Origin: a bacterium
GTDB taxonomy: Bacteria > Patescibacteriota > Dojkabacteria > SC72
Reading direction: 5' to 3'
Length of the DNA: 60,403 nt
Assembly: GCA_022840695.1 (NCBI GenBank)
Contig: JALHDC010000005.1
Location: 1-60,403, forward strand
The notes beneath the pieces were generated by a model. It was not told where the DNA came from, made no database searches, and was given only the letters and a program-made list of their open reading frames with translations. A program made the position numbers and the translations under genes. Of this stretch, positions 38,488 to 48,300 are shown in pieces (within the stretch, counting starts at the first letter, position 1; each line of letters opens with the position of its first letter).

Positions 38488-38575
38488 AGGCAGTTGTTGT
38501 ATACATTCTGGCATATTTTCAGAATTTATTCTATAATTGCAACTGCAAATTAGTAATATATTTAAAAGACTCATT

Positions 38576-39055
38576 ATGGATAATAGTTTTACAAAAAAGA
38601 TAGAAGAAGGTTTCTACAAGAAAAGACCTGATGTTAAGGTTGGAGATACTGTTAAATTACATCTTAAGATAAAGGAAGGGAGTAAGGAAAGAGTTCAGAT
38701 TTTTGAAGGTGTTGTAATATCATTAAAAGGTTCTGGGTTGAATAGGAACATTGTGGTGAGAAAAATATCCTACGGTGTTGGTGTAGAGAAGATTGTACCT
38801 TTACATACTCCGGTATTACAAAAGATAGAGGTTGTTAAGAGGGGAACTGTTGGGAGATCCAAACTCTACTACCTAAGGGATAGGGTTGGTAGAAAAGCTC
38901 TTAAGACTGGTGCCACAGAGGATATATATTTAACAGATGAAGTAGAGGTTCCCGTAACAGGAGAAGAAATTGCTGTTGAAGAGGAAGTAACTGAAGTAGA
39001 AGAGAGTACAGAAGAGAAGGTTGAGGAAGCAGTTGAAGAGAAAGAGGAATCTTAG
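38576..39055 (+). CDS. rplS: 50S ribosomal protein L19 with acidic C-terminal tail
   Basis: PDVKVGDTVKLH, RVQIFEGVVI, VRKISYGVGVE, KLYYLRDR; start placed at MDNS (38576). Confidence 0.96.
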   Translation: MDNSFTKKIEEGFYKKRPDVKVGDTVKLHLKIKEGSKERVQIFEGVVISLKGSGLNRNIVVRKISYGVGVEKIVPLHTPVLQKIEVVKRGTVGRSKLYYLRDRVGRKALKTGATEDIYLTDEVEVPVTGEEIAVEEEVTEVEESTEEKVEEAVEEKEES

Positions 39056-39076
39056 TATATTGAATATATTACTCTT

Positions 39077-39150
39077 GCAGGAGTAGTTCAATTGGTTAGA
39101 ATATCTGTTTTCCAAACAGAGGGTTGCGGGTTCGAGTCCCGTCTCCTGCT
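39077..39150 (+). tRNA. tRNA-Gly(TCC)
   Basis: GCAGGAG/CTCCTGC acceptor, TCTGT TTTCCAA ACAGA, U73. Confidence 0.95.
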
Positions 39151-39187
39151 CAGATATGAAATTCTCATTAAAGTATTAGATAATTAT

Positions 39188-39217
39188 TGGACAGAGCAAT
39201 TATAAAGATGTTATACT
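39188..39217 (+). promoter_or_regulatory. Promoter for the hairpin-NYN unit
   Basis: TGGACA (39188-39193), 18 bp, TG-T-TATACT (39212-39217). Confidence 0.55.
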
Positions 39218-39223
39218 CTGTGT

Positions 39224-39269
39224 AATAACCGCCTGCACCAGATTCTTCTGACAGTGCAGGCATTTTTTT
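39224..39269 (+). ncRNA. Candidate ~46-nt structured small RNA / terminated leader upstream of NYN
   Basis: GCCUGCAC-CAGA-UUCU-UCUG-(ACA bulge)-GUGCAGGC-A-U7; ends 6 nt before the NYN ATG. Confidence 0.55.
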
Positions 39270-39275
39270 ATACCT

Positions 39276-39815
39276 ATGTTTCCAAAAGAAAAAGTAAAAA
39301 TATTTTTAGATGGTAGTAATTTCTATTACTACTGCAAAGATATTGGGATACCAGCATATCCTAATTTTGATTTTGAAAAGCTAATTAATATACTAGCAAA
39401 TAGTCGTTTAATAAAAGAAAAATCATACTATGTAGGTGTTGTTAGAGGGAAACCCTCTGATAGTAAAAGCATGAAAATGATGGCAAAACAAATGAGTCTC
39501 TTTTCATATCTTAAGAAAAACGAATGGAAAATTAACAAAGGGTATCTATTAAAAACAAAGGGAAAACATCACGAAAAAGGAGTTGATGTTAAATTAGCAT
39601 TGGATTTAGCACTTGGGGCTGTAGATGATCTATACGATGTCGCCATTTTAATTTCTTCTGATACCGATATCCTACCAGCGGTAGAAGAAGCAAAACTCAG
39701 AGGAAAGAAAGTTGAATATATCGGATTTTCTGACAACCCAAGCAAAGCTATGCTGAATAAGTGCGATCGAAGTATGCTACTTGGAAAAAAGATTTTGAAA
39801 AGTTGTGTGATCTAG
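39276..39815 (+). CDS. NYN (LabA/DUF88, PIN-like) domain ribonuclease
   Basis: IFLDGSNF, EKGVDVKLALDL, LISSDTDI, GKKVEYIGF; catalytic Asp residues intact. Confidence 0.92.
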   Translation: MFPKEKVKIFLDGSNFYYYCKDIGIPAYPNFDFEKLINILANSRLIKEKSYYVGVVRGKPSDSKSMKMMAKQMSLFSYLKKNEWKINKGYLLKTKGKHHEKGVDVKLALDLALGAVDDLYDVAILISSDTDILPAVEEAKLRGKKVEYIGFSDNPSKAMLNKCDRSMLLGKKILKSCVI

Positions 39816-39827
39816 TCCATCTACAAA

Positions 39828-39836
39828 TTATCCACA
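39828..39836 (+). promoter_or_regulatory. Single consensus DnaA box
   Basis: TTATCCACA exact match, 8 bp upstream of TATAAT (39845-39850). Confidence 0.3.
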
Positions 39837-39857
39837 ATTTGTAATATAATCAAAGGT

Positions 39858-40412
39858 ATGAAAAATGTTGATGTTCCAATGTGGGACAAGGGTGATGATA
39901 CAGATGATTTCTCAAAAGGAGGAGCTTCCTCCTCATTTTCTTTTGAACCACCAAAGGTAAAAGCTCCAGCTGTTCAGGAAATATTCCAATTAGTATTAGG
40001 TAGAGAACCTTCTTCAAGAGAAATGTCATATTACAAATACAGCACATTAAAAAAAGAAGAAGTTGTAAACAAACTATTAGATGGAGAAGAGCATAAAAAT
40101 ATTTTAGAAAAATCTAAAAAATTCCCAGAGTTAAAAGAGGAAAACAAGAAATATCAATCTACAATTTTAAAACTTAAAAGTAATATAGAGGATAGTAGGA
40201 ATGAGTACTTAGAATTAAAAAGGTTACTTGTAGAAAAGAACAATATAATAGAATCGTTAAGACAAAATCGAGATCTTCCATTTCTAACAAATAAAAGTAC
40301 CATAGAAGAAAACAACATACATTACAGCATATCTAAGGAAAGAAATATTTCAGAAAAGAAGGATATTGGCATTCTTGATAGGCTAAGATATTTACTTTTT
40401 GGTGATAAATAA
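39858..40412 (+). CDS. Hypothetical coiled-coil protein
   Basis: QEIFQLVLGREPSSREMSYY (DUF4214-like helix pair) followed by a coiled coil. Confidence 0.7.
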   Translation: MKNVDVPMWDKGDDTDDFSKGGASSSFSFEPPKVKAPAVQEIFQLVLGREPSSREMSYYKYSTLKKEEVVNKLLDGEEHKNILEKSKKFPELKEENKKYQSTILKLKSNIEDSRNEYLELKRLLVEKNNIIESLRQNRDLPFLTNKSTIEENNIHYSISKERNISEKKDIGILDRLRYLLFGDK

Positions 40413-40414
40413 TA

Positions 40415-40618
40415 ATGAATACAAAAATATTTGCAGAAAGATTAAGAAGGGCAAGAGAGGATATGGGATATTCCCAAAGAATTCTTGGTATGAGAGTAGG
40501 ATTATCAGATAAATCTATTAGCATGTACGAAAAAGGTAATGTTTATCCACCCGTTGGCAATTTACTAAAGATTGCTAAGGAATTAAAGAAAAGCATAAAC
40601 TACTTTCTTGAAGATTAA
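40415..40618 (+). CDS. XRE-family helix-turn-helix regulator
   Basis: RLRRAREDMGYSQRILGMRVGLSDKSISMYEKG..YP. Confidence 0.92.
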   Translation: MNTKIFAERLRRAREDMGYSQRILGMRVGLSDKSISMYEKGNVYPPVGNLLKIAKELKKSINYFLED

Positions 40619-41271
40619 GAAGGTGGTGTTAACCATTTCTTAGCTTTAACCATATACCTCTTTACTACAGCAATTGTAATAATACAGATTATTACAAAGA
40701 GAGTTAATATTCCGAGTATTTTAACGATATTCATTATTGTATATTGAGAACTAACAGGTTGGAGTACAAGAGAATTACTCAAGGTAATGCTGTCATGTAT
40801 AGAGTTTGTATAATTTGTATTGTGTTGCCATGAGATTACAGAAACTGAAAAATCAAAAGTACCTCCTCTTAATGGTTTGATATTTGCTTGAAAAGTATAT
40901 GTTTGGCCATCTTCTAAGCTAACGAATTCTTTATGTTTTGGACTTACATCTAAGGTTGTTGGTACATTCCACAATATTTGTGTTCTACTTGAATTAAGAT
41001 GTGGAGTTACAGTAAGAACATATGGGATATGTTTTCCAAATGCTGATTGTGATTTTCTTTCTAAGGTGAGATCAAAATATTTATTTGTAACCATCTTTGT
41101 ACTTTCATCTATCTGGGTTTCCTCATCAGAAATATCCTCTGCCTCATTTGTCACCTCCGTTACAGCTGGTGTCTCCGTGACTACCTCGTCAGGAGGGAAA
41201 GACTCTGCAGCATAGAGAAAATTTGATGAGAAGAGAGAGAGGAATAATAGGGTAATTAATGTTTTTTTCAT
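40615..41271 (-). CDS. Secreted protein with C-terminal TM anchor
   Basis: Signal peptide ending LYA, acidic linker, beta-rich domain, C-terminal TM plus basic tail. Confidence 0.75.
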   Translation of the reverse strand: MKKTLITLLFLSLFSSNFLYAAESFPPDEVVTETPAVTEVTNEAEDISDEETQIDESTKMVTNKYFDLTLERKSQSAFGKHIPYVLTVTPHLNSSRTQILWNVPTTLDVSPKHKEFVSLEDGQTYTFQANIKPLRGGTFDFSVSVISWQHNTNYTNSIHDSITLSNSLVLQPVSSQYTIMNIVKILGILTLFVIICIITIAVVKRYMVKAKKWLTPPS

Positions 41272-41684
41272 TGTAATACTCTTAAAATATTTATTTTATA
41301 TACTTCAAATGCACTTTTAGACTCCTCTAAAGATATTTGATAGTCATCATGAACCACCTTGTTCCTTAATTTGTGAACCTCCCAAACCGAATTGTATGCT
41401 CTTTTCTTAAATATTTTTTTCGCTAATTTCAAATTCTCTCCGCACTGTAAATTATTCTTAAAATACATCTGTAATGATTTTGAGAGAAGATTATCTAATT
41501 TAATAATTGTATCTCTCCTAACTGCTAATTCTTCACTTTTAGCACTATCATTAAGATTGTACAAAGCTTCTACTACCTTTTTCCTTTTTCTAATATCAAT
41601 CTTTCTACTATTTAAAGAGACTAAAATGAAAAGGATTGTAATTAGAACTAAAATTGTAATTGGTAAAAACAGTGTACTATCCAT
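41268..41684 (-). CDS. Hypothetical membrane-anchored protein
   Basis: N-terminal TM; IIKLDNLLSKSL...VWEVHKLRNKVVHD (HEPN-like RxxxxH spacing). Confidence 0.7.
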   Translation of the reverse strand: MDSTLFLPITILVLITILFILVSLNSRKIDIRKRKKVVEALYNLNDSAKSEELAVRRDTIIKLDNLLSKSLQMYFKNNLQCGENLKLAKKIFKKRAYNSVWEVHKLRNKVVHDDYQISLEESKSAFEVYKINILRVLQ

Positions 41685-43557
41685 TCTTTTTAATTATCTT
41701 TGATAGAAAGTATATCAGAAAAGCAATTACAACAAAAACAAAGAAAGAAAGTATCTTTGCAATATATATAAGGTAACCTGGAACAATAGAATTAACCTCT
41801 TTCTCAATCAAAATATCCTTATTCTGTAGATTAAAATTAGAATATGTAATGTTTACAAATATATTTCCTTCCTGAAGTTTTTCAATTGGTATATTAAACT
41901 GCAAGTTACCACTTTGTTTTGGTAATATAATTTTAGAAGAGAGATTATTAACAGGATCTAAGTATTTTTGAATATTTTCTATATTAGATTTAGATATAGA
42001 GTATCCATTTATGGCGGTATTTCCTGTATTACTTATGTAAATATATCCTTTTAGATATCTATTTGTGATTCTGTATTCTTCAAATGAAAGCTCTGAGTTC
42101 ATATCGAAATTAGGAATGATACTTTCTTGACTTTCAGATCGTACAATGAAATCAGAGTCATTAAAGAAGGATATTTTAGGTGCAACAGGAGATTTGCCTC
42201 TTTTTAGTATAGATATGTGATCAAAAAATGGTGTACCAAAGAGATTCTTCTCAAAATATTCCTCTAAAAATGGATCTGATATAATCCATTTTTTGTTTAC
42301 ATCATCATAATACTCTACCCAATGGTGATAGAAGCCATCAGCTGTGTAACCAGTTATATTTGATATATATCCTACAACCATTCTTGCAGGTATTTGGTAG
42401 TTTCTTAATATTGCAATATACAGGTCTGCATAATCTGTTGCTGTGGAATCATTTGGTGCTTCTACCAAAGCATTTGCTCCCAATCTTGTTTCATTTATAG
42501 TACCTAATGTTATATCTTTGTTAAAATTTAATCTCTCTATTACATATTGATATATGTATTTATAAAATAATTCTTTGTTTATATCCTCTAACTCCTCTAT
42601 GGAATCGAAATCCTCTGATATATTAATTCCCTTCTTCTGAACATAATTGTTTATTCTTTTAAATTCTGTTTTGTTTTTTATTGACCAATATCCAGAAGTT
42701 TCAGTTAAATAGGATCTGCTTAATGTTTCGGATACTGGATTAATCATTTGGATGTATCCTGAGACAGTACAATCAAGTGATTCATCAGGAGCTACAACAT
42801 ATTTGAAGATATAATTTCCATCTTCATCAAGTAGGGTGGAATTTGGTAGGGGAGATATCTTATCCCAAATAATCAATTGATTTTGTGTATCTGAAGGTAC
42901 ATATATTTCAAAGGTTTGATTTTCTCCATCTAGGCTATTTGTAAAGACTTTACTAATTTCAAATCTGTATGTAACATTTTCTCCAAAAAGCAATGAAATA
43001 CTTGAATATGCCGGTTTATTTATTACTACCTCTAAATTTTCCCCCACTGATTTTATATTTTCTATCGGATCTGAAGACCAAAGTGGTTCCCCTTTCTCTT
43101 TCGGATATTTTATTACTATCGTATTTGTAGTCGTATCAGCAACTTTAGAAGGCATCGTATATGTATTTCCTTCTGATATAGGTGTTGTATATGTTAGGAG
43201 AATTTCAATTGGAGAATCTGGACGAACTACTGCATTCTTCAAATCCATCAAAATATCAGTAATACTACCTCTGTGGTACAGAGTACAATCCAAATCCTGA
43301 TTGGTTGTTAGATTTTTACATCTCGCTTGCAGATTTTTGATTGGGATGGATGCAGTATAGTAAGAGATAACCTTTGGAAAATCACTTCTTATTTGTAATA
43401 CAACTTCGGTATTAATAGAATCTGACTCTAAGGTATGTTTGAAGCTTGTATATATTTGAAAATTCTCAGCTGCGGAGACATTAGATAGAGGAGAGAAAAT
43501 AATGAAAAGACTAAATAGATATAGAATTTTCTTTAAATAACCAATCAAATCTTTCAT
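41677..43557 (-). CDS. Transglutaminase-like domain protein lacking the catalytic Cys
   Basis: TATDYADLYIAILRNYQIPARMVVGY, HHWVEYY, WIISDP; N-terminal signal and C-terminal TM. Confidence 0.8.
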   Translation of the reverse strand: MKDLIGYLKKILYLFSLFIIFSPLSNVSAAENFQIYTSFKHTLESDSINTEVVLQIRSDFPKVISYYTASIPIKNLQARCKNLTTNQDLDCTLYHRGSITDILMDLKNAVVRPDSPIEILLTYTTPISEGNTYTMPSKVADTTTNTIVIKYPKEKGEPLWSSDPIENIKSVGENLEVVINKPAYSSISLLFGENVTYRFEISKVFTNSLDGENQTFEIYVPSDTQNQLIIWDKISPLPNSTLLDEDGNYIFKYVVAPDESLDCTVSGYIQMINPVSETLSRSYLTETSGYWSIKNKTEFKRINNYVQKKGINISEDFDSIEELEDINKELFYKYIYQYVIERLNFNKDITLGTINETRLGANALVEAPNDSTATDYADLYIAILRNYQIPARMVVGYISNITGYTADGFYHHWVEYYDDVNKKWIISDPFLEEYFEKNLFGTPFFDHISILKRGKSPVAPKISFFNDSDFIVRSESQESIIPNFDMNSELSFEEYRITNRYLKGYIYISNTGNTAINGYSISKSNIENIQKYLDPVNNLSSKIILPKQSGNLQFNIPIEKLQEGNIFVNITYSNFNLQNKDILIEKEVNSIVPGYLIYIAKILSFFVFVVIAFLIYFLSKIIKKNG

Positions 43558-44245
43558 ATTTCCTAATAATCTGTTTATTTATAGGTGTTTTAGGAGTAAT
43601 CCCGTAATCACCTATTATTTTGTCCCAATCTAATTTTTCTGGTTCATTAACAATCTTGTAGCTAGGATTGCGGACAGTTTCCTGCTTAGCATTCTTTCTT
43701 ATAATATAATAGGCTAAACCATTGTTATCATCAAGCACTACTCTCGGAACGGCTTTAATACTTAGATATTCTGCAAAAACCAAATTCGAATTTTGCCTTG
43801 TATTAACAACAACTACTGAGTAACCAGGTGGGACAATAACCTTTTGTTCTTTTTTGGCAACAATTTTAATAACTCGGTTGTTTCTTGGACTACGATAATC
43901 TTGTAAAAGTATCGTTGCACCTCCATAAATAACATCAAGGATTCTGGGATATTTATTACATCTGGTAGCTCTTGTTTTAACAAATTCAATACCTGCTAGA
44001 TTAGGTTTGAGAGTATAGAAATTTATCTTAATTCCTTTTGATCTATATATATCGTTATTATCAAGCTCTTTATATTTTCTATAGAATATATCTGGACAAG
44101 AAAGCTCCTTGTTAAGCAATTGATCTCTGATTTCATCAATGGTAACCTCTATTTTTTCTTTGAAATCAAAATCCTTAACTACTAATTCATCACCATCATA
44201 TATTATTGGAAAACCGGCAGTCTTTTTAAGATTGATTCTAGCCAT
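43511..44245 (-). CDS. Cupin-type glucose-6-phosphate isomerase-like protein with degenerate metal ligands
   Basis: Layout matches cupin GPI (FYTLKPNLAGIEFVKT, VIVPPGY..VVVN, GLAYY) but the His ligands are absent. Confidence 0.6.
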   Translation of the reverse strand: MARINLKKTAGFPIIYDGDELVVKDFDFKEKIEVTIDEIRDQLLNKELSCPDIFYRKYKELDNNDIYRSKGIKINFYTLKPNLAGIEFVKTRATRCNKYPRILDVIYGGATILLQDYRSPRNNRVIKIVAKKEQKVIVPPGYSVVVVNTRQNSNLVFAEYLSIKAVPRVVLDDNNGLAYYIIRKNAKQETVRNPSYKIVNEPEKLDWDKIIGDYGITPKTPINKQIIRKYERFDWLFKENSISI

Positions 44246-44269
44246 GCCCAGTATTATACCACAACAATA

Positions 44270-44557
44270 CTAATCTCTAGAAAAGGATTTGAGTAATTCA
44301 GAGAGTACAAATGCTGCAACTATATAGAAAAGAAGTGCTACAACAGGGGTTAATGGAATAACTAAACTATTTATTTGTAAATTAGAAGCTACAATACCAT
44401 CAAATGGTTGTACAAACATATCACTCATACTTAAAACCCAGTTTGCAAAAGTATTACTTGTATTAGCATTAATTAGTAAAAGGATTATTCTAGTAATAAC
44501 TAATGCTTCAACAAACATTGTTGCTATATATGCTAATCTTATTATTAATTTCAACAT
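44270..44557 (-). CDS. YggT family membrane protein
   Basis: RIILLLINAN, FANWVLSMSDMFVQPFDGI. Confidence 0.8.
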   Translation of the reverse strand: MLKLIIRLAYIATMFVEALVITRIILLLINANTSNTFANWVLSMSDMFVQPFDGIVASNLQINSLVIPLTPVVALLFYIVAAFVLSELLKSFSRD

Positions 44558-44560
44558 ACT

Positions 44561-45280
44561 CTATAGATTCTCAAGATTATTTACATAATATTCTAACTCA
44601 TTCATGAATCGAGTTACACCCTTTGCCCAAAGATCCTCTCCTGAAGCTCCACAAGGGGGACAGTAGGTGTTTTGAATATCAAAAGGTGTTAGATCAGTAC
44701 CATATCCAATTGCTAATCTCTCAGTAATATGTTCAATTGCTTCTTTCCAAGTATTAAACATGCTCCACCCGCCATCATTTCTATTTATACCTCTCCATCC
44801 CCATCCGTTATTAGATCCTTTTGGTATTAAATTCCCAAAAGCAGACTCTACTCCTGATATCGATACAACTAATCTCCAATCCAATCCATGCTTGTCTGCT
44901 TCCTCTACGAAAACTTCTGCATATTTTGCCATAGGAGATTGATAGTCTACTAAAAATTTGTTTAATGCTAAAACTCTGGGATCTAATGTAAAAAACTTTG
45001 TTTTACTAGACATAGAATCCTTTTCAAAAGAAGAAGAAAGATTATACTCTCCTGCATACACATGTATATCAAATATTGGTGTTAGAGAATTCACCTCAAT
45101 AGTTGATGCATTTCGTACGACCTTAGCCAATTCTTGAATAAAAAAGCTCTCTATTCTTGTAGAAAAGAGTAGTGAATACATAGTCAATGCAAGAAGCAGA
45201 AAAAGAACTCTAGTAATACTGGAGTTGAATATGTTGTTTCTGGTAAAAATATTTGACTTACCCACTATACTATCTGGCAT
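44561..45280 (-). CDS. Membrane-anchored glucosaminidase/lysozyme-like protein
   Basis: GLDWRLVVSISGVESAFG, NNGWGW, YCPP, WAKGV. Confidence 0.75.
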   Translation of the reverse strand: MPDSIVGKSNIFTRNNIFNSSITRVLFLLLALTMYSLLFSTRIESFFIQELAKVVRNASTIEVNSLTPIFDIHVYAGEYNLSSSFEKDSMSSKTKFFTLDPRVLALNKFLVDYQSPMAKYAEVFVEEADKHGLDWRLVVSISGVESAFGNLIPKGSNNGWGWRGINRNDGGWSMFNTWKEAIEHITERLAIGYGTDLTPFDIQNTYCPPCGASGEDLWAKGVTRFMNELEYYVNNLENL

Positions 45281-45316
45281 AATATTTCAGTATATCAAAT
45301 TGGGGCAATATTTGTT

Positions 45317-48300
45317 ATGTTCACACATCTACATCTACATACAGAGTACTCTTTGCTTGATGCAACAATCAGGGTCTCTGATTTGATTGAGAAACTTCAA
45401 AACTCTGGAATGAAATCATGTGCTGTAACTGATCATGGAAGTATGTATGGAATATTTAAATTTCAACAGCAAATGAAAGATGCCGGTCTAAAACCGATCA
45501 TCGGCTGTGAAATATATATTGCACCAAGAAGTATGCATGAGAAGGAATTCGGCATAGACAATGAATACTATCATATGGTACTTCTAGCAAAGAATTTAAA
45601 AGGATATAAAAATTTGATGAAGATAGTTTCCGTAGCCCATATGGAAGGCTTCTACTACAAACCAAGGATAGATATTGAGACATTAAGTAAATATACAGAA
45701 GGAATTATTGCTCTTTCTGCTTGTCTTGCCGGACCTTTGAGTAAACCTATTCTTAAAAGTGATCCTAAATTATCAAGAGAAAATGCAAAAAAGTACAAAG
45801 AGATGTTTAAAGATAGTTTCTATGTTGAAATTCAAAGAAACGGAATGGATGAACAGAATTTAGTTAATGAAGAACTACTAAAGATATCAAAAGAATTAAA
45901 ACTTCCATTAGTAGCTACATGTGACAGTCACTATTTGAATAAGGAAGATGCAGAAATACAGGAGATTCTTTGGTGTATCAGTGATGGATATACAATGGAT
46001 GATCCAAATAGAAGAAGAATGCCCACTAATGAATTTTATGTAAAAACACCTGAGGAAATGCAGGAACTTTTCAAAGATATTCCTGAAGCTCTGGAAAATA
46101 CACAAAAAATATCGGATAGTGTAGAAGAGTACAACATTACTTTTGACAGAGTTGAGATTCCATACCCTGATCTTCCTAAGGGAGAAACAGCAAAAACATA
46201 TTTAAAGAAATTAACATATGAAGGTGCTAAAGAAAAATATGAAAAAGTTGACAAAAAATTGGAAGAAAGAATTGAATATGAACTAGACATCATCCATGAC
46301 AAGGGATATGACGACTACTTTTTAGTTGTTAGAGATATTGTAAAATTTTGTAGAGAGAATGACATCGTTGTTGGAATGAGAGGTTCAGGCTGTGGTTCAG
46401 TTGTTGCCTATGCTGTTGATATTACTGTCATAGAACCCATATCTTGGGAGCTATACTTTGAAAGATTTCTAAATCCTGAAAGACCTAGTCCTCCAGATTT
46501 TGATATTGATATTGCAGATAAAAGAAGGGATGAAGTGATAAATTACACAATTCAAAAATATGGTGCTGAAAATGTTAAACAGATAGGGACATTTAGTAAA
46601 CTACAAACAAGGCAGGCCATCAGAGATGTTGCTAGAGTAATAGGAGTTGATTTGACCGTTGCCGATGAACTTTCCAAAATGGTTGAAATAGTCTTTGGAA
46701 AAGCCAAAAGTTTGGATCATATGATTGAGCATAATCCTGAATTTGCACAAATAATAAATTCGTCTGATAAAACTAGACATCTGGCTGAAATAGTTAGAAA
46801 AGTATCTGGTCTTTGTAGGGGAGTATCGACCCATGCTTGTGGAATACTCATAACACCACTACCTGTTGTTGAATACTGTCCAATTCAAAAAGATGCACAT
46901 GGTGAAGGCATAGGTATGACCCAATATGAAATGTTTGATATTGAGGCAGTCGGTTTAATGAAATTTGACTTCCTTGGCCTTAGGAATCTTAATATCATAG
47001 GTGCTGCTTTAAAGAAAATTGAAAAAAATAAGGGAATAAAAATAGATCTTTCTAAGATAGATATACAGGATGAAAAATCATTTGATTTGCTTAAATCAGG
47101 ACATACTATTGGGATTTTCCAATTAGAAAGTGAGGGGATGAAAAGAACAATAAGAATGCTACAACCTGAGAATATGGAAGACATCTGTTATATCCTTTCA
47201 GCATATAGACCAGGCCCTATGCAGTTCATACCCGAGTATGCAAATGTAAAAAAAGGTAAACAGAAACCTGATTACATAGTTGATGAATTAGAACCAATAC
47301 TTTCAATCACAAACGGTGTCATAACCTACCAAGAACAAGTTATGAAAATTGCTGAGATAGTAGCAGGATACTCTCTTGGCGCTGCTGATATTTTAAGAAG
47401 AGCTATGGGAAAAAAGAAATTGGATGTAATGAATGCAGAAAAACCTACATTCATAGAAGGTGGTCTTAAAAATGGATTTAAAAAAGAAGATGTAGAGAAA
47501 TTATGGGAAAGATTAGTACAATTTGCTAATTACGGCTTTAACAAAGCACATAGTGCATCATATGCCACTATTGCATACTGGACTGCATTTCTCAAAGCTA
47601 ACTATCCTTTAGAGTATATGGCAGCACTATTAGAAGGAGATTTAGAGAAATTTGACAGAGTAATACTTGATTTAAACGAATGTGAAAGATTAGGTATAGA
47701 TGTACTACCTCCAGATATTAATAAAAGCGATTTCTACTTCACTGTAGAAGATGAAAAAAGCATTAGATTTGGTTTGGCCGGTATAAAGAATATAGGGAAT
47801 GACATAGTTAAATATATATCCAAAGAGAAAAAAGAAAATGGTCAGTACAAACATCTAGATGATTTTGTACACAGAGTATTTGAAGAAGTAAGTAGAAAAG
47901 CAATAGAGTACTTTATAATGGCAGGGACGATGGATTCCTTTGGTGATAGAAATGCACTCCTTCATGTACTTGAAGAAATATATAACAGAGAAAAGTCTGA
48001 AAGAAAAACTTCTCAAATTGGACAAATAGATATTTTTTCATTAAATAATGGTGATAATAATGCAAAATATGAAATTCAAAAAACTCCTCTTCCTTCTGAC
48101 ATAACCACTGAGAACTCCCAGGCACTTCAATGGGAAAAAGAACTTTTAGGATTATATTTCTCTAGTCATCCTTTGGATTGTCTAGAAGACTTTTTCCAAG
48201 ATAGAAATGTCATACCATTAGCAGAAGCTTTAGATATTAAGAAAAATAATGACAACCTGATTTTAGGAGTAATGGTAACTAAAGTAAGGAAAATAACAAC

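Noticed and set aside
38488-38575. Overlapping N-terminal extensions of gpmI and rplS in the ORF track
   Set aside because: Homology begins at MKVKQ (38487) and MDNS (38576); the extensions cover the divergent promoter region.
39077-39150. Three tRNA-Gly genes as a sign of UGA-to-Gly recoding (code 25)
   Set aside because: Anticodons are GCC, CCC and TCC, none TCA; TGA terminates rnhB, gatB and the NYN gene at expected lengths.
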